Source: an uncultured Clostridia bacterium (lineage in GTDB: Bacteria; Bacillota; Clostridia; Christensenellales; UBA1242). Taken from it: a stretch of 64,000 nt of DNA. The translations under genes and the position numbers were made by a program. Where the stretch lies: NCBI GenBank assembly GCA_945928645.1, contig CAMENR010000001.1:33439-97438 (forward strand), read 5' to 3'. This document shows, piece after piece, positions 17,848-27,787 of the stretch (within the stretch, counting starts at the first letter, position 1; each line of letters starts with the position of its first letter). The notes beneath the pieces were generated by a model. It searched no databases. It was not told the origin of the DNA and saw only the letters and a list, made by a program, of their open reading frames with translations.

Positions 17848-18873
17848 ATGGAAAATTTGGAAGAATTGCTAGAAAGAGCAAAAGAAAAACTTGCAAAAAT
17901 AAACGGAAATGAAGGATTAGGTTCGTTTTATCAGGAATATCTTGGCAAGAATGGGGCAATTACAAGCATACTAAAATGTATGAAAGAATTGCCAAATGAG
18001 CAAAAAAAATCATTTGGAGAAAAGGTTAACAAGGCAAAAACAACCATTCAAACTATGCTCGCAGAAAGAGAAAGAATGATTGCAGAAGAAAAGTTGCAAA
18101 AGAAAATTAATTCTGCAAAGGAGATTGACCTAACTATTCCATCCAAAGTTAGAAAGGGAAGCCTTCACCCAATAACTATTGTGCAGAAAGAGGTAGTGGA
18201 TATCTTTTTGAGTATGGGTTTTGCAGTGGAAGATGGCAATGAGATAGAGACGGAATATAACAATTTTGAAGCAGTTAATGTGCCAAAAAATCACCCAGCA
18301 AGAGATATGCAAGATACCTTCTATTTGGACAATGGGCAGGTGTTAAAAACGCACACTTCTGCCGCTCAAAATAGAATTATGAGAAAGTATGGTGCTCCAC
18401 TAAAGGTTATTTTCCCAGGTAGGTGTTTTAGAAATGAGGAGTTAGATGCCAGCCACGAAAATACTTTCTTCCAGATAGAAGGAATGATGATTGACAAAAA
18501 TGTGTCTGTTGCAAACCTTATATACTTTATGAAGGAAATGCTTACAAATGTTTTTGGGAAAGAAATAAATGTTAGACTAAGGCCAGGTTTCTTCCCATTT
18601 GTTGAACCTGGATTTGAACTAGACATATCATGTCCATATTGTGATGGAAAGGGGTGCAGAGTATGCAAACATGGTGGGTGGATTGAACTTTGCCCATGTG
18701 GTATGATTCATCCAAATGTTTTACGAATGGGTGGTATTGACCCAGAAGAATATCAAGGTTTTGCGTTTGGATTGGGTTTCTCTAGGCTTGCTATGATGAA
18801 TTTTGATATTACAGAGATAAGACTTCTTAACAGTGGCAATATACAAGCGCTTTCACAAGCAAAGATAAAGTGA
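17848..18873 (+). CDS. pheS: phenylalanyl-tRNA synthetase alpha subunit
   Basis: Class II motifs (HPARDMQDTFY, FRNEELDASHENTFFQIEG, GFAFGLGFSRLAM). ATG 17848 lies 5 nt after AAGGAG. Confidence 0.95.
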   Translation: MENLEELLERAKEKLAKINGNEGLGSFYQEYLGKNGAITSILKCMKELPNEQKKSFGEKVNKAKTTIQTMLAERERMIAEEKLQKKINSAKEIDLTIPSKVRKGSLHPITIVQKEVVDIFLSMGFAVEDGNEIETEYNNFEAVNVPKNHPARDMQDTFYLDNGQVLKTHTSAAQNRIMRKYGAPLKVIFPGRCFRNEELDASHENTFFQIEGMMIDKNVSVANLIYFMKEMLTNVFGKEINVRLRPGFFPFVEPGFELDISCPYCDGKGCRVCKHGGWIELCPCGMIHPNVLRMGGIDPEEYQGFAFGLGFSRLAMMNFDITEIRLLNSGNIQALSQAKIK

Positions 18874-18885
18874 TAGGAGAAAAAT

Positions 18886-21255
18886 ATGATAGTTTCTATA
18901 AATTGGATAAAAGATTTTGTTAACCTCGATGGTGTGGATATAGAGAAATTGATTTCAAAATTCACAATGTCTGTTGCAGAAGTTGAGGGGATTGAGTATA
19001 AGGGAAGAAATTTGTCTGGTGTTGTAACGGCAAAAATATTGAGTGTTGACCCAGTGGAGAATAGTAAAAAATTGCATCTGCTAAAGGTAGATTGTGGCAC
19101 AGAAATACTACAAATTGTTTGTGGTGCACCAAATGTTAGGGTAGGGATGGTAACTGCCCTTGCTAAGATTGGAGCAAAATTAGGAGATATTACAATTTCA
19201 AAGGCAAAACTAGCAGGGATTGAAAGTTATGGAATGTGTTGTGGAGGAGATGAGATTGGAATATCTGATGATCACAGCGGGCTTGTAGAGTTGGACGAAA
19301 ACACCCCTATTGGAGTTGACATAAAGTCTGTTTTGGATATAGAGGATATACTATTTGAAGTTGACAATAAATCTCTCACCAACAGACCTGACCTTTGGGG
19401 AATATATGGTATTGCAAGGGAAATTTCGGCTCTAACAGGTAGACCACTTAAAACTCTTAATTTGGCAGATAAAAAAGATTTTGAAGGGAAAGAAAAGGTT
19501 GATGTAGTAGTCAAAAGTTCTAGTTGCAACAGATATACCAGCGCAAAGATGGAGAATATAACAAGGAAATCTTCTGACCTTAATATGCAGATTAGATTGT
19601 TCTATTGTGGCATGAGGGGGATAAACTTGTTGGCTGACGTAACTAATTATGTTATGCTAGAACTCGGACAGCCTATGCATGCTTTTGACGGAGAAAAAGT
19701 TAAATCTATACAAGTGTATGACCTAGATGATGATCGTCAATTTGTTACACTTGACGGAACAACTCGCAACCTTAAAAAAGGGCATATGGTTATATCTTGC
19801 AATAACACTCCAGTTGCGCTAGCAGGTATAATGGGTGGAGAGAATAGTGAAATCACAGAAGATACAACTTCAGTCCTTATTGAATCAGCAAATTTTGACG
19901 CATACAAAGTTCGCACCACTGCAATTTCACTTGGTATGAGGACAGAAGCCAGTGCTAGATACGAAAAGTCGCTTGATCCAGAACTTACTATGACAGCACT
20001 TTTGAGATTGGTTTATTTGGTCAAATCCCAGGATAAAAATGCAAGAATTTGTTCTAGCATTTGTGATATATACAACAAACACTATCCTAAGTTGGAGATA
20101 GAGTTGTCCAAAGAGTATGTTGACAGGTTTGTGGGCATAAAAATTGATGAAAAAACAATTCTAGATATATTAACAAGTCTTTCCTTTAAGGTTTTGGAAA
20201 ACAAAAATGGAGTATATAAATTTGAAGTCCCATCTTTTAGGGCAACAAAAGATATAAATGGCAAAGCAGACCTCGTAGAAGAAATTACAAGAATTTATGG
20301 TTATGACAATATTACTCCACAATCAATCGTTCAACCAGTAAAACCAGCACTTTTGGATAAGGCTGTTGCCTTGGAATATGATGTAAAATACGCCTTGGCA
20401 AGTAGGTTTGACCTAAACGAAACCCATTCTTATATATGGTATGACTACGAATCAAATAAGACACTTGGGATAAATCCACAAAGTGTAATTAGGTGTATAA
20501 ATTCATTGAACAAAGACAATGACAAAATTAGAAGCACTATGATACCAAGTTTGCTAAAGGTAATTGCAGACAACAAAGGAGTATATAACAACTTTGGCAC
20601 TTTTGAAATTGGAAGGGTTGTAAAACAAATGAGAGATGACAACCTTGCTGATGAAACAAAGAGCCTGGGATTGTTGCTTTATAGAAAAACTGCAAGCGAA
20701 GAAAGTGTGCTGTTTGAAGTAAAAGAAATTATTGATTATATATTTGAGTATGTTTTGAAAATGAACTTAACTCTTGAACTCTCAACCCATACAAATGATT
20801 ATTGCCACCCAAAGAACTACTATAAGATTTTTGCAAATAATGTAGAAGTGGGGAATTTATTTGAAATAACACCAAGGGTTTCGGATAAAATTGAAGAAAA
20901 CTGTGTTGTAGCTGGTTTTGAAGTTAATTTTTCAAAGATATGTGAACAACAACAAACAAAAACAGTCTTTGAAAAGATAAGCAAATACCCAACAACCAAA
21001 TTAGATTTCAACTTTATTATCCCTCAGGGTAAATTGTATAAGGATATTATTTCTATTGCAAAAAGCATAGATACGCAACTTAATTATAAGGTTAATCTAT
21101 TGGATATTTACGAAAATGCAAATGGACAAAAGAGTTATACTCTTCACTATGAAGTAAATAGCTTGGATAGAACTCTTACTACGGAAGATATTGATCTTTT
21201 CCACGAGGCAGTTATTTCGAAATTTGAACAGAATGGAATAGCCCTAAAATTGTAA
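18886..21255 (+). CDS. pheT: phenylalanyl-tRNA synthetase beta subunit
   Basis: N-terminal tRNA-binding OB domain, B3/4 and B5 domains, C-terminal FDX-ACB. Immediately downstream of pheS. Confidence 0.95.
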   Translation: MIVSINWIKDFVNLDGVDIEKLISKFTMSVAEVEGIEYKGRNLSGVVTAKILSVDPVENSKKLHLLKVDCGTEILQIVCGAPNVRVGMVTALAKIGAKLGDITISKAKLAGIESYGMCCGGDEIGISDDHSGLVELDENTPIGVDIKSVLDIEDILFEVDNKSLTNRPDLWGIYGIAREISALTGRPLKTLNLADKKDFEGKEKVDVVVKSSSCNRYTSAKMENITRKSSDLNMQIRLFYCGMRGINLLADVTNYVMLELGQPMHAFDGEKVKSIQVYDLDDDRQFVTLDGTTRNLKKGHMVISCNNTPVALAGIMGGENSEITEDTTSVLIESANFDAYKVRTTAISLGMRTEASARYEKSLDPELTMTALLRLVYLVKSQDKNARICSSICDIYNKHYPKLEIELSKEYVDRFVGIKIDEKTILDILTSLSFKVLENKNGVYKFEVPSFRATKDINGKADLVEEITRIYGYDNITPQSIVQPVKPALLDKAVALEYDVKYALASRFDLNETHSYIWYDYESNKTLGINPQSVIRCINSLNKDNDKIRSTMIPSLLKVIADNKGVYNNFGTFEIGRVVKQMRDDNLADETKSLGLLLYRKTASEESVLFEVKEIIDYIFEYVLKMNLTLELSTHTNDYCHPKNYYKIFANNVEVGNLFEITPRVSDKIEENCVVAGFEVNFSKICEQQQTKTVFEKISKYPTTKLDFNFIIPQGKLYKDIISIAKSIDTQLNYKVNLLDIYENANGQKSYTLHYEVNSLDRTLTTEDIDLFHEAVISKFEQNGIALKL

Positions 21256-21263
21256 TTTTATTA

Positions 21264-21292
21264 TTGACATTAGAAAAAACGGAAAGTATAAT
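21264..21292 (+). promoter_or_regulatory. consensus sigma-A promoter directly abutting the nifZ start codon
   Basis: TTGACA (21264-21269), 17-nt spacer, TATAAT (21287-21292). The ATG at 21299 is only 6 nt downstream of the -10. Confidence 0.55.
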
Positions 21293-21298
21293 TTTGAT

Positions 21299-22417
21299 AT
21301 GGTTTATTTAGACAATGGCGCAACAACAAAGCCAAGAAAAGAAGTTGTAGAGGAATATGTAAAGAACTGTGAGGAAGGGTTTTTTAACCCTTCTGCAGTT
21401 TATTCTTCGGCATTTAACCTTTCTAAAAAGATAGACGGAGTTAGGTCTTTGATTTTGGATGCCTTATCTGGAGATGAATACAAAGATAGGGTAGTATTTA
21501 CATCTGGAGCAACAGAAGCCAATAATCTTGCAATATTTGGCAGTGCAACCAACAGGACAAAGAAATATCTCTTTTCTGTGGGAGAGCATCCATCAGTGTA
21601 TAACTGCGCACAAGAACTTTTGACAAGGGGATATAATGTCCAATTTATTCCATTGTCTAATACTGGCGAAGTGGATTATGATGCTTTTGAAAAGTTATGC
21701 GACAAGGATACTTGTTTTGTTTCTACTATGTTTGTAAATAACGAAACAGGGGCAATAAATGACTTGTATAGAATTAGGAATATAATAGATAGTAAAAATC
21801 CAAATTGTATATTTCACGTTGATGGGGTGCAAAGCTTTTGCAAGTTGCCATTGTCGGTAAAAAAATGCAAAATCAACTTACTTTCTATGTCTGCACATAA
21901 AATTGCTGGTCTGAAAGGTGTTGGCGCTTTGTTTATATCAAACAAAGTCAACCTAAAAAATATTTCATTTGGTGGTGGTCAAGAGAAGGGTTTGAGGTCT
22001 GGAACAGTCAATGCAGGGGGCATACTTGCTATGGGGAAGGCAGTTGAACTTGCAAACAGGGATATGACCAAAAATCTAGAAAAAATAGGTAAACTGAAAA
22101 CTCTTTTGCTTGAGAACTTGTATAAAAATTTCAAGGATAAGTTTATCTGTGCCTCAACAGAAAAAGGATCTCCTTATGTAGTTAGCCTTATGTTCAAAGG
22201 GATAAAGGGCGAAGTCTTGGTGAGAAAGTTGGATAGCAATGGAGTTATTGTAGGCACAGGCTCTGCATGTTCTGCTAATAAGGTAGGCAACAGAATACTA
22301 GAGAGTATGGGTTATTCCAAAGACCAAGTTGTAGGAGCAGTGAGAGTAAGTTTTGGCTTTGATAGCACAGAAGAAGATGTAATAGAATTTTGCAACAAAC
22401 TAAAGGAATGTTATTGA
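21299..22417 (+). CDS. nifZ: cysteine desulfurase (class V aminotransferase), ThiI-partner NifZ type
   Basis: MVYLDNGATT, PLP lysine SAHKIAGLKG, active-site GSACS. Adjacent to thiI, as with nifZ-thiI in B. subtilis. Confidence 0.88.
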   Translation: MVYLDNGATTKPRKEVVEEYVKNCEEGFFNPSAVYSSAFNLSKKIDGVRSLILDALSGDEYKDRVVFTSGATEANNLAIFGSATNRTKKYLFSVGEHPSVYNCAQELLTRGYNVQFIPLSNTGEVDYDAFEKLCDKDTCFVSTMFVNNETGAINDLYRIRNIIDSKNPNCIFHVDGVQSFCKLPLSVKKCKINLLSMSAHKIAGLKGVGALFISNKVNLKNISFGGGQEKGLRSGTVNAGGILAMGKAVELANRDMTKNLEKIGKLKTLLLENLYKNFKDKFICASTEKGSPYVVSLMFKGIKGEVLVRKLDSNGVIVGTGSACSANKVGNRILESMGYSKDQVVGAVRVSFGFDSTEEDVIEFCNKLKECY

Positions 22418-22418
22418 T

Positions 22419-23579
22419 ATGAAAGAAGTTATTTTGATTAGATTTGGAGAAATATTCTTAAAGGGTAGAAATTATTCTTATTTTGAAAATACACTTTTCA
22501 AAAATGTTGAGCGCAGATTGAAAAAGTTTAATCTAAAACTTGAACGAATTTCTGGAAGGTTTCTTGTTAGTGATTTTGAGGCGGAAGATAAAGATGATAT
22601 TATTGAGGCTATTCAGACCGTGTTTGGATTGGTTTCGCTAAGTGTCGCATATGAAGTAGAAACATCTGTTGACACAATAAAATCTGCTTGCGAAAAGATT
22701 AAAATAAAAGACAAAACTTTTAAGGTAGAAGTAAAACGTGCAGACAAAACATTCCCAATAAAGAGTTTTGAATTTGCAGGCGAATTGGGGGGTGTTATTC
22801 TCAAAAACAATCCAGATGTTAAGGTTGATGTCCATTCGCCACAAGAAATTGTATATGTAGATATAAGGCAAAATGGCAAAACATATATTTTTTATGACAA
22901 AATTGCTTGTCTTGGCGGTATGCCTGTTGGCACTGCAGGTAGAGCAATGCTTCTTTTAAGTGGTGGAATAGATAGCCCAGTGGCTGGGTTTCTTATGGCA
23001 AAAAGAGGATTGTGTATAAATGCAATTCATTTTGAAAGTTATCCATATACAAGTGAACAAGCAAAGCAAAAGGTTATTGACCTAGCAAATATTATAAAGA
23101 AATACACAGGAAACATCCGTCTTTTTATTGTTCCATTTACAAGGATTCAAGAAGAAATTCACAAAAACTGCGATGATGAGTATATGGTAACTCTTGTTAG
23201 AAGATTTATGATGGAAATTGCAGAACAAGTTGCGAAGAAGTCAGATTGTCAGGCGATAATTACTGGAGAAAATTTGGGACAAGTGGCTAGCCAAACTGTT
23301 GAGGGGATAACAATGACTAGTATGATGGCAAAGGATCTGCCTATCTTTAGACCTCTTATCAGTTTTGACAAAATTGAAATATCCAAAATATCTGAAAAAA
23401 TTGGCACTTATGATATTTCTGTTCTTCCATATGAAGATTGTTGCAGTGTTTTCTTGCCAAAAAATCCTGTAACACATCCAAAACTTAACAAAATTGTTGA
23501 AAATGAGGAACTTCTAAACAGAGAATTCCTTATCCAAGATGCAATATCAAAAATGGAAATTATTGACATAAAAAATTGA
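22419..23579 (+). CDS. thiI: tRNA 4-thiouridine(8) synthase ThiI (no rhodanese domain)
   Basis: THUMP-type N-terminus and PP-loop SGGIDSPVAG. At 386 aa it is the short Firmicute form. Confidence 0.9.
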   Translation: MKEVILIRFGEIFLKGRNYSYFENTLFKNVERRLKKFNLKLERISGRFLVSDFEAEDKDDIIEAIQTVFGLVSLSVAYEVETSVDTIKSACEKIKIKDKTFKVEVKRADKTFPIKSFEFAGELGGVILKNNPDVKVDVHSPQEIVYVDIRQNGKTYIFYDKIACLGGMPVGTAGRAMLLLSGGIDSPVAGFLMAKRGLCINAIHFESYPYTSEQAKQKVIDLANIIKKYTGNIRLFIVPFTRIQEEIHKNCDDEYMVTLVRRFMMEIAEQVAKKSDCQAIITGENLGQVASQTVEGITMTSMMAKDLPIFRPLISFDKIEISKISEKIGTYDISVLPYEDCCSVFLPKNPVTHPKLNKIVENEELLNREFLIQDAISKMEIIDIKN

Positions 23580-23588
23580 TAGAAAATG

Positions 23589-23619
23589 CAACTCTCGTAA
23601 TAGTAGAGTTGTGTTTTTT
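23589..23619 (+). terminator. thiI terminator
   Basis: CAACTCT (23589-23595) / AGAGTTG (23605-23611), then TGTTTTTT. Confidence 0.7.
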
Positions 23620-23845
23620 ATTCAAATTGAAAAATAAGTTTGACATAAAAACATTGTATTGCTAAAATGTTTGTGTCAAAAGATTATAAGTTTCAATACA
23701 TTTATATAAATCAATTTAATATGATAAAGCATTGTCATTTGATTTTGGATACACAGAGAGAATGGCATTAAACATTCCCAATAATAATTTTTATAAATGT
23801 TGGCTTGTTTGAAATTTGATAATATATTTAAGAGGACACAAAAAT

Positions 23846-25399
23846 ATGGTATCAATTTTATGGCTTGTTATTGCTTGTGTTCTTTGTGTTGGTGCTGGAG
23901 CAGGCACAACAATTTTTTTGAATGCTAGGAAGAGTTCTCAATCAAAAAGCAATGCAGCAAAAATTTTGGAAAATGCCTATGCAGAAGCAAAAACTGCAAA
24001 GAAAGAAGCAATACTAGAGGCAAAGGAAGAAATTCATGCTTTGAAGGAAAAGTGTGATGCCGAAATTGCCGAGCGTTATAACGAAATTTCTAAATCAGAA
24101 AATCGTTTAACTCTAAAAGAAGAATCCCTTATGAGAAAGGAAGAGGGAATAGACAAAAAGGTAGAATCCCTTGATGTTGCACTAAATCAAATAAAGGAAA
24201 GAGAAAAAGAACTTGCCTCTGCTAAAGAAGAAGTAGAAAAAGAAAGCGAAAAAATCACTCAAGCACTGGAAAAGGTTTCTGGGCTATCTAAAGAGGAAGC
24301 AAAAAAACAACTTGTTGATATGTATGTGGAGCAAGCAAAACACGATTGTGCTTCAACCATAAGGAAAATGGAAGAAGAAGCAATAGAATGTGCTGACAAA
24401 AAGGCAAAAGAAATTGTTACACTTGCTGTGCAAAAATGTGCAACTAGTATTACATCTGAAATAACTGTTACAGTCGTTCCACTGCCAAATGACGAAGTAA
24501 AGGGCAGAATTATTGGTAGAGAAGGAAGAAACATAAGAGCAATTGAAAATGCTACTGGTGTTGACCTTATCATAGACGACACTCCAGAGGCGGTAGTTCT
24601 TTCGGGATTTGATCCAGTTAGGAGAGAAGTTGCTCGAGTTGCATTAGAAAAACTCATTATGGACGGCAGAATTCACCCTGCAAGAATTGAAGAAATTGTT
24701 GAAAAGGCTCAGAGAGATGTAGAAGCAACAATCAAAGAAGCAGGCGAAAATGCGGTCTATGAGGCAGGTGTAATTGGCCTTCATCCAGAGTTGATAAAAG
24801 TGTTGGGCAGGCTTAAATTTAGATCTAGTTATGGTCAAAATGTATTAAAACACAGCCTTGAAGTTTGTCATATAGCCGGGCTACTTGCCAGTGAACTAGG
24901 CGCTAATGTAAAGATAGCAAAACGTGGTGGGCTTTTGCACGATATAGGCAAGGCTCTTGATCATGAACAAGAGGGAACGCATGTTTCCATTGGTGTTGAT
25001 CTATGTAAAAAATACAAGGAAACTCCAGAAGTTATTCATTGTATTCAGGCTCATCATGGCGATGTGGAATTCCATTCGCTTGAGGCAATAATTGTTCAAA
25101 CAGCAGATGCTATCTCCAGTAGTAGACCAGGGGCTCGCAGGGAATTGCTTGATGCTTATATCAAAAGACTTGAAAACCTTGAAAATATTGCAAATAGTTT
25201 TAAGGGTGTTGAAAAGTCATATGCAATTCAGGCAGGACGTGAGATAAGAATTATGGTCAAACCAGAAGAAGTCAGCGATGAAAGTATGGTGTTCCTGGCG
25301 AAAGATATTGCAAGAAAGATTGAAAATGAACTGCAATATCCAGGGCAAATTAAGGTAAATGTTATAAGAGAAACAAGAGCAACTGATGTTGCAAAATAA
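23846..25399 (+). CDS. rny: ribonuclease Y
   Basis: N-terminal TM helix, coiled coil, KH ([13 protein letters not shown]) and HD ([10 protein letters not shown]) domains. ATG 23846 lies behind AAGAGGA. Confidence 0.95.
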   Translation: MVSILWLVIACVLCVGAGAGTTIFLNARKSSQSKSNAAKILENAYAEAKTAKKEAILEAKEEIHALKEKCDAEIAERYNEISKSENRLTLKEESLMRKEEGIDKKVESLDVALNQIKEREKELASAKEEVEKESEKITQALEKVSGLSKEEAKKQLVDMYVEQAKHDCASTIRKMEEEAIECADKKAKEIVTLAVQKCATSITSEITVTVVPLPNDEVKGRIIGREGRNIRAIENATGVDLIIDDTPEAVVLSGFDPVRREVARVALEKLIMDGRIHPARIEEIVEKAQRDVEATIKEAGENAVYEAGVIGLHPELIKVLGRLKFRSSYGQNVLKHSLEVCHIAGLLASELGANVKIAKRGGLLHDIGKALDHEQEGTHVSIGVDLCKKYKETPEVIHCIQAHHGDVEFHSLEAIIVQTADAISSSRPGARRELLDAYIKRLENLENIANSFKGVEKSYAIQAGREIRIMVKPEEVSDESMVFLAKDIARKIENELQYPGQIKVNVIRETRATDVAK

Positions 25400-25418
25400 T
25401 TGTTTATCGTAATGTATA

Positions 25419-25453
25419 AAAGGAGTTTGGCGAATAGCTTTTCTCCTTTTTTT
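25419..25453 (+). terminator. rny terminator
   Basis: AAAGGAG (25419-25425) / CTCCTTT (25443-25449), then a T-run. Confidence 0.7.
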
Positions 25454-25645
25454 AGTGCCATAGTGGTGTATATTTCCTCTAAATGATTTTTTAGATTGCA
25501 TAATAATCGCAATATAAAATTTTATAATAAGGAATCTTTATCATTTTTAATATCTTTTATCTTAGATATATTTTAATTAGGATTATTGAATCTTAAAGTT
25601 TTTTGTTTAAGTGTCATATATAACAAAATATGCATAAATATAAAT

Positions 25646-26485
25646 ATGAAAATTTTTGATGCTCACAACGATTTTTTAACAGAGTTAAATAAAGTCCAAA
25701 GAAAAGCATATATTTCTTGGGTAGAAAAATATTGTAAAAAAACAAAGATTATTTCTCAAATCTGGACAACAAGTTTGCTTCAACCAATGAAAAGATTAAA
25801 AATGCTTAGCAATGAAATAGTAGATAAAGACAATTTTATATTTGCGATAGAGGACTTAGGCTTTTTGGGGGAGAAAAAACTTAAGGAAAGATTGGAATAT
25901 GTGATTGCGCTAAAACCTTTTTCGTGCGGTTTGGTGTGGAACAATGACAACTCTTTTGGAGGTGGAGCACTGGGACAAGGCGGTCTTACAGATTTAGGCA
26001 AATATGTTGTAAATAGACTAGAAAAAGAAGGGATTATTGTTGATACTGCACATATGAATGAACAAACTTTTTGGGACTTTTGTAGGATAACGACAAAACC
26101 GATATATAACTCTCATAGTAATATTTTTGACTTGTGTAACAATAGTCGCAACTTAAAAGATGAGCAAATTAAAGCCATTATAAATAGCAATGGGATAGTG
26201 TGTCTGTCGTTTGTGAGTTATTTTATAAGGGAAAAAGGAATAATATCTTGCAGTGATGTTGCAAAGCAAATTAAATTTTTTATAAAAAAATATGGAGATA
26301 AAAATGTAGCCATTGGCAGTGATTTTTTTGGAACAACTGACTTGCCAATAGACCTAAAAAGTTATGTTGACTTTGAAAATTTGAGGTTAGCCCTTTGCAG
26401 AATAGGGCTAAATATTAGACAAATCAAAAACATTTTTTATGGAAATTTAACTCGTTATATAAATAGGGTAGGGAAGAAAAAATAA
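25646..26485 (+). CDS. membrane-dipeptidase family (peptidase M19-like) protein
   Basis: FDAHNDF, IEDLG, VDTAHMN, NSHSN and IGSDFFG line up with the M19 metal ligands. Start moved to ATG 25646. Confidence 0.7.
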   Translation: MKIFDAHNDFLTELNKVQRKAYISWVEKYCKKTKIISQIWTTSLLQPMKRLKMLSNEIVDKDNFIFAIEDLGFLGEKKLKERLEYVIALKPFSCGLVWNNDNSFGGGALGQGGLTDLGKYVVNRLEKEGIIVDTAHMNEQTFWDFCRITTKPIYNSHSNIFDLCNNSRNLKDEQIKAIINSNGIVCLSFVSYFIREKGIISCSDVAKQIKFFIKKYGDKNVAIGSDFFGTTDLPIDLKSYVDFENLRLALCRIGLNIRQIKNIFYGNLTRYINRVGKKK

Positions 26486-26783
26486 TATTTATTGTGTCAT
26501 ATTCAATGTATAAATAAACATCGTATGTATAAATATGCGTTGAAATATTGTTTCACTTTGCAATATTTATATCTAGCAATAATATTTTATTGAGAGATAT
26601 TTGACTTTATATTTTGTTAGAATATCGACGTGTTTATTAAAAAAATCGTTTACATATATCAAAACAATGTTTCAAAATAAATATTTTTGACTTTTTGATA
26701 TAATTTTATTGACATTTTAGATGTTTATATGTATAATTTTGCTGTTTACAATGTAAACGAGTATAACATAATTTGCTTTTTGA

Positions 26784-26857
26784 AGGGGAATAGTTCAATG
26801 GTAGAGTAGCGGTCTCCAAAACCGTCGATGGGGGTTCGAATCCCTCTTCCCCTGCCA
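26784..26857 (+). tRNA. tRNA-Trp (anticodon CCA), CCA encoded
   Basis: AGGGGAATAGTTCAATGGTAGAGTAGCGGTCTCCAAAACCGTCGATGGGGGTTCGAATCCCTCTTCCCCTGCCA. Anticodon loop is CTCCAAA. Confidence 0.9.
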
Positions 26858-26872
26858 AAATTTTATGGTAAG

Positions 26873-26900
26873 ACAATACTAATAGTGGTATTGTTTTTTT
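26873..26900 (+). terminator. tRNA-Trp terminator
   Basis: ACAATAC (26873-26879) / GTATTGT (26888-26894), then T7. Confidence 0.7.
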
Positions 26901-26945
26901 ATAAAAATACCCTCCAATAGATAATTGGAGAGTATTATTTTTTTT
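26901..26945. terminator. bidirectional hairpin, likely the lexA terminator
   Basis: 12-bp stem ATACCCTCCAAT (26907-26918) / ATTGGAGAGTAT (26924-26935) with one mismatch. Flanked by an A-run and a T-run. Confidence 0.6.
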
Positions 26946-26970
26946 AGAGAGAAGGGAATATAATGGATGA

Positions 26971-27624
26971 TTAGTAGTTTCGGATAAGCCCAACAACTTT
27001 GCCCAAAATAACCGCATCTTTGCAAATAATAGGCTTCATAAAATCATTTTCTGGTTGAAGTCGTATTTGGCCATCTTCCTTGAAAAATCGCTTAACTGTT
27101 GCACATCCGTTGATCATTGCGACCACAATTTCTGAATTCTCTGCTGTGTTTTGCTGTTTTACTACAATTTTGTCCTTATTATATATGCCAGCATTTATCA
27201 TACTATCACCCTTTACTGTGAGCATAAAAACTTGACCATTTGTATTGAACAGGTTTTGGGGAAGTTCATATACTTCATCATAATTTTCGTATGCCAAAAT
27301 TGGTTGTCCTGCGGCAACTTCGCCTAATAGAGGGATAAGACAAGTTGGTTGTTTAGGTCTTTGTTCTTCTTTTAGGAGTTGAATTGCTCTATTTTTGCTA
27401 TCACATCTTTTAATATAGCCACGCTCTTCCAATTTATCCAAATAATATTTCATAGTGGCAGTAGACAATACTCCCAATTCTTTCATCATTTCTCTCAGAG
27501 ATGGCTGATATCCTCGCACAGCTATCCAGTGTTTTATCATATTGTAGGATTGCTCGAGCTTTTGGTCTAAAGCTTCTGCTCGATTTTTTGAATTTGCTGA
27601 TTTAACCTTTTTTTCATTATCCAT
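26971..27624 (-). CDS. lexA: LexA repressor (with about 28-aa K/E-rich N-terminal extension)
   Basis: wHTH (GYQPSLREMMKELGV), cleavage-region AAGQP, and S24 peptidase motifs GDSM and VVKQ. ATG 27624 lies behind GGAGG. Confidence 0.95.
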   Translation of the reverse strand: MDNEKKVKSANSKNRAEALDQKLEQSYNMIKHWIAVRGYQPSLREMMKELGVLSTATMKYYLDKLEERGYIKRCDSKNRAIQLLKEEQRPKQPTCLIPLLGEVAAGQPILAYENYDEVYELPQNLFNTNGQVFMLTVKGDSMINAGIYNKDKIVVKQQNTAENSEIVVAMINGCATVKRFFKEDGQIRLQPENDFMKPIICKDAVILGKVVGLIRNY

Positions 27625-27659
27625 AATAACCTCCAGAACGAATAATTATTTTCTAAAAG

Positions 27660-27698
27660 ATTTTATCATAAAAAAACTAAATTGTCAAACATATGTTT
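27660..27698 (-). promoter_or_regulatory. lexA promoter with overlapping SOS (Cheo-like) box
   Basis: Minus strand: TTGACA (27688-27683), 17-nt spacer, TGaTAAAAT (-10 at 27665-27660). The palindrome AAACATATGTTT (27687-27698) overlaps the -35. It resembles the Firmicute box CGAACATATGTTCG with symmetric G>A / C>T changes. Confidence 0.55.
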
Positions 27699-27787
27699 AC
27701 AATTTTAATTTGTTAAAATTTTTGTATTTTTATTCATAAATATTTATGTAATAAAAAATATCAACTCTTGAGTAGGGAAGTGGAATA

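Noticed and set aside
17709-17912. 67-aa plus-strand ORF upstream of and overlapping pheS
   Set aside because: It lies inside the T-box leader (T-box core and terminator) and out of frame with pheS. The RNA element explains the sequence better.
26706-27017. 103-aa minus-strand ORF from the track
   Set aside because: It runs antisense through tRNA-Trp and two terminator hairpins and into the lexA 3' end. It has no SD, so it is an artefact of an open frame.
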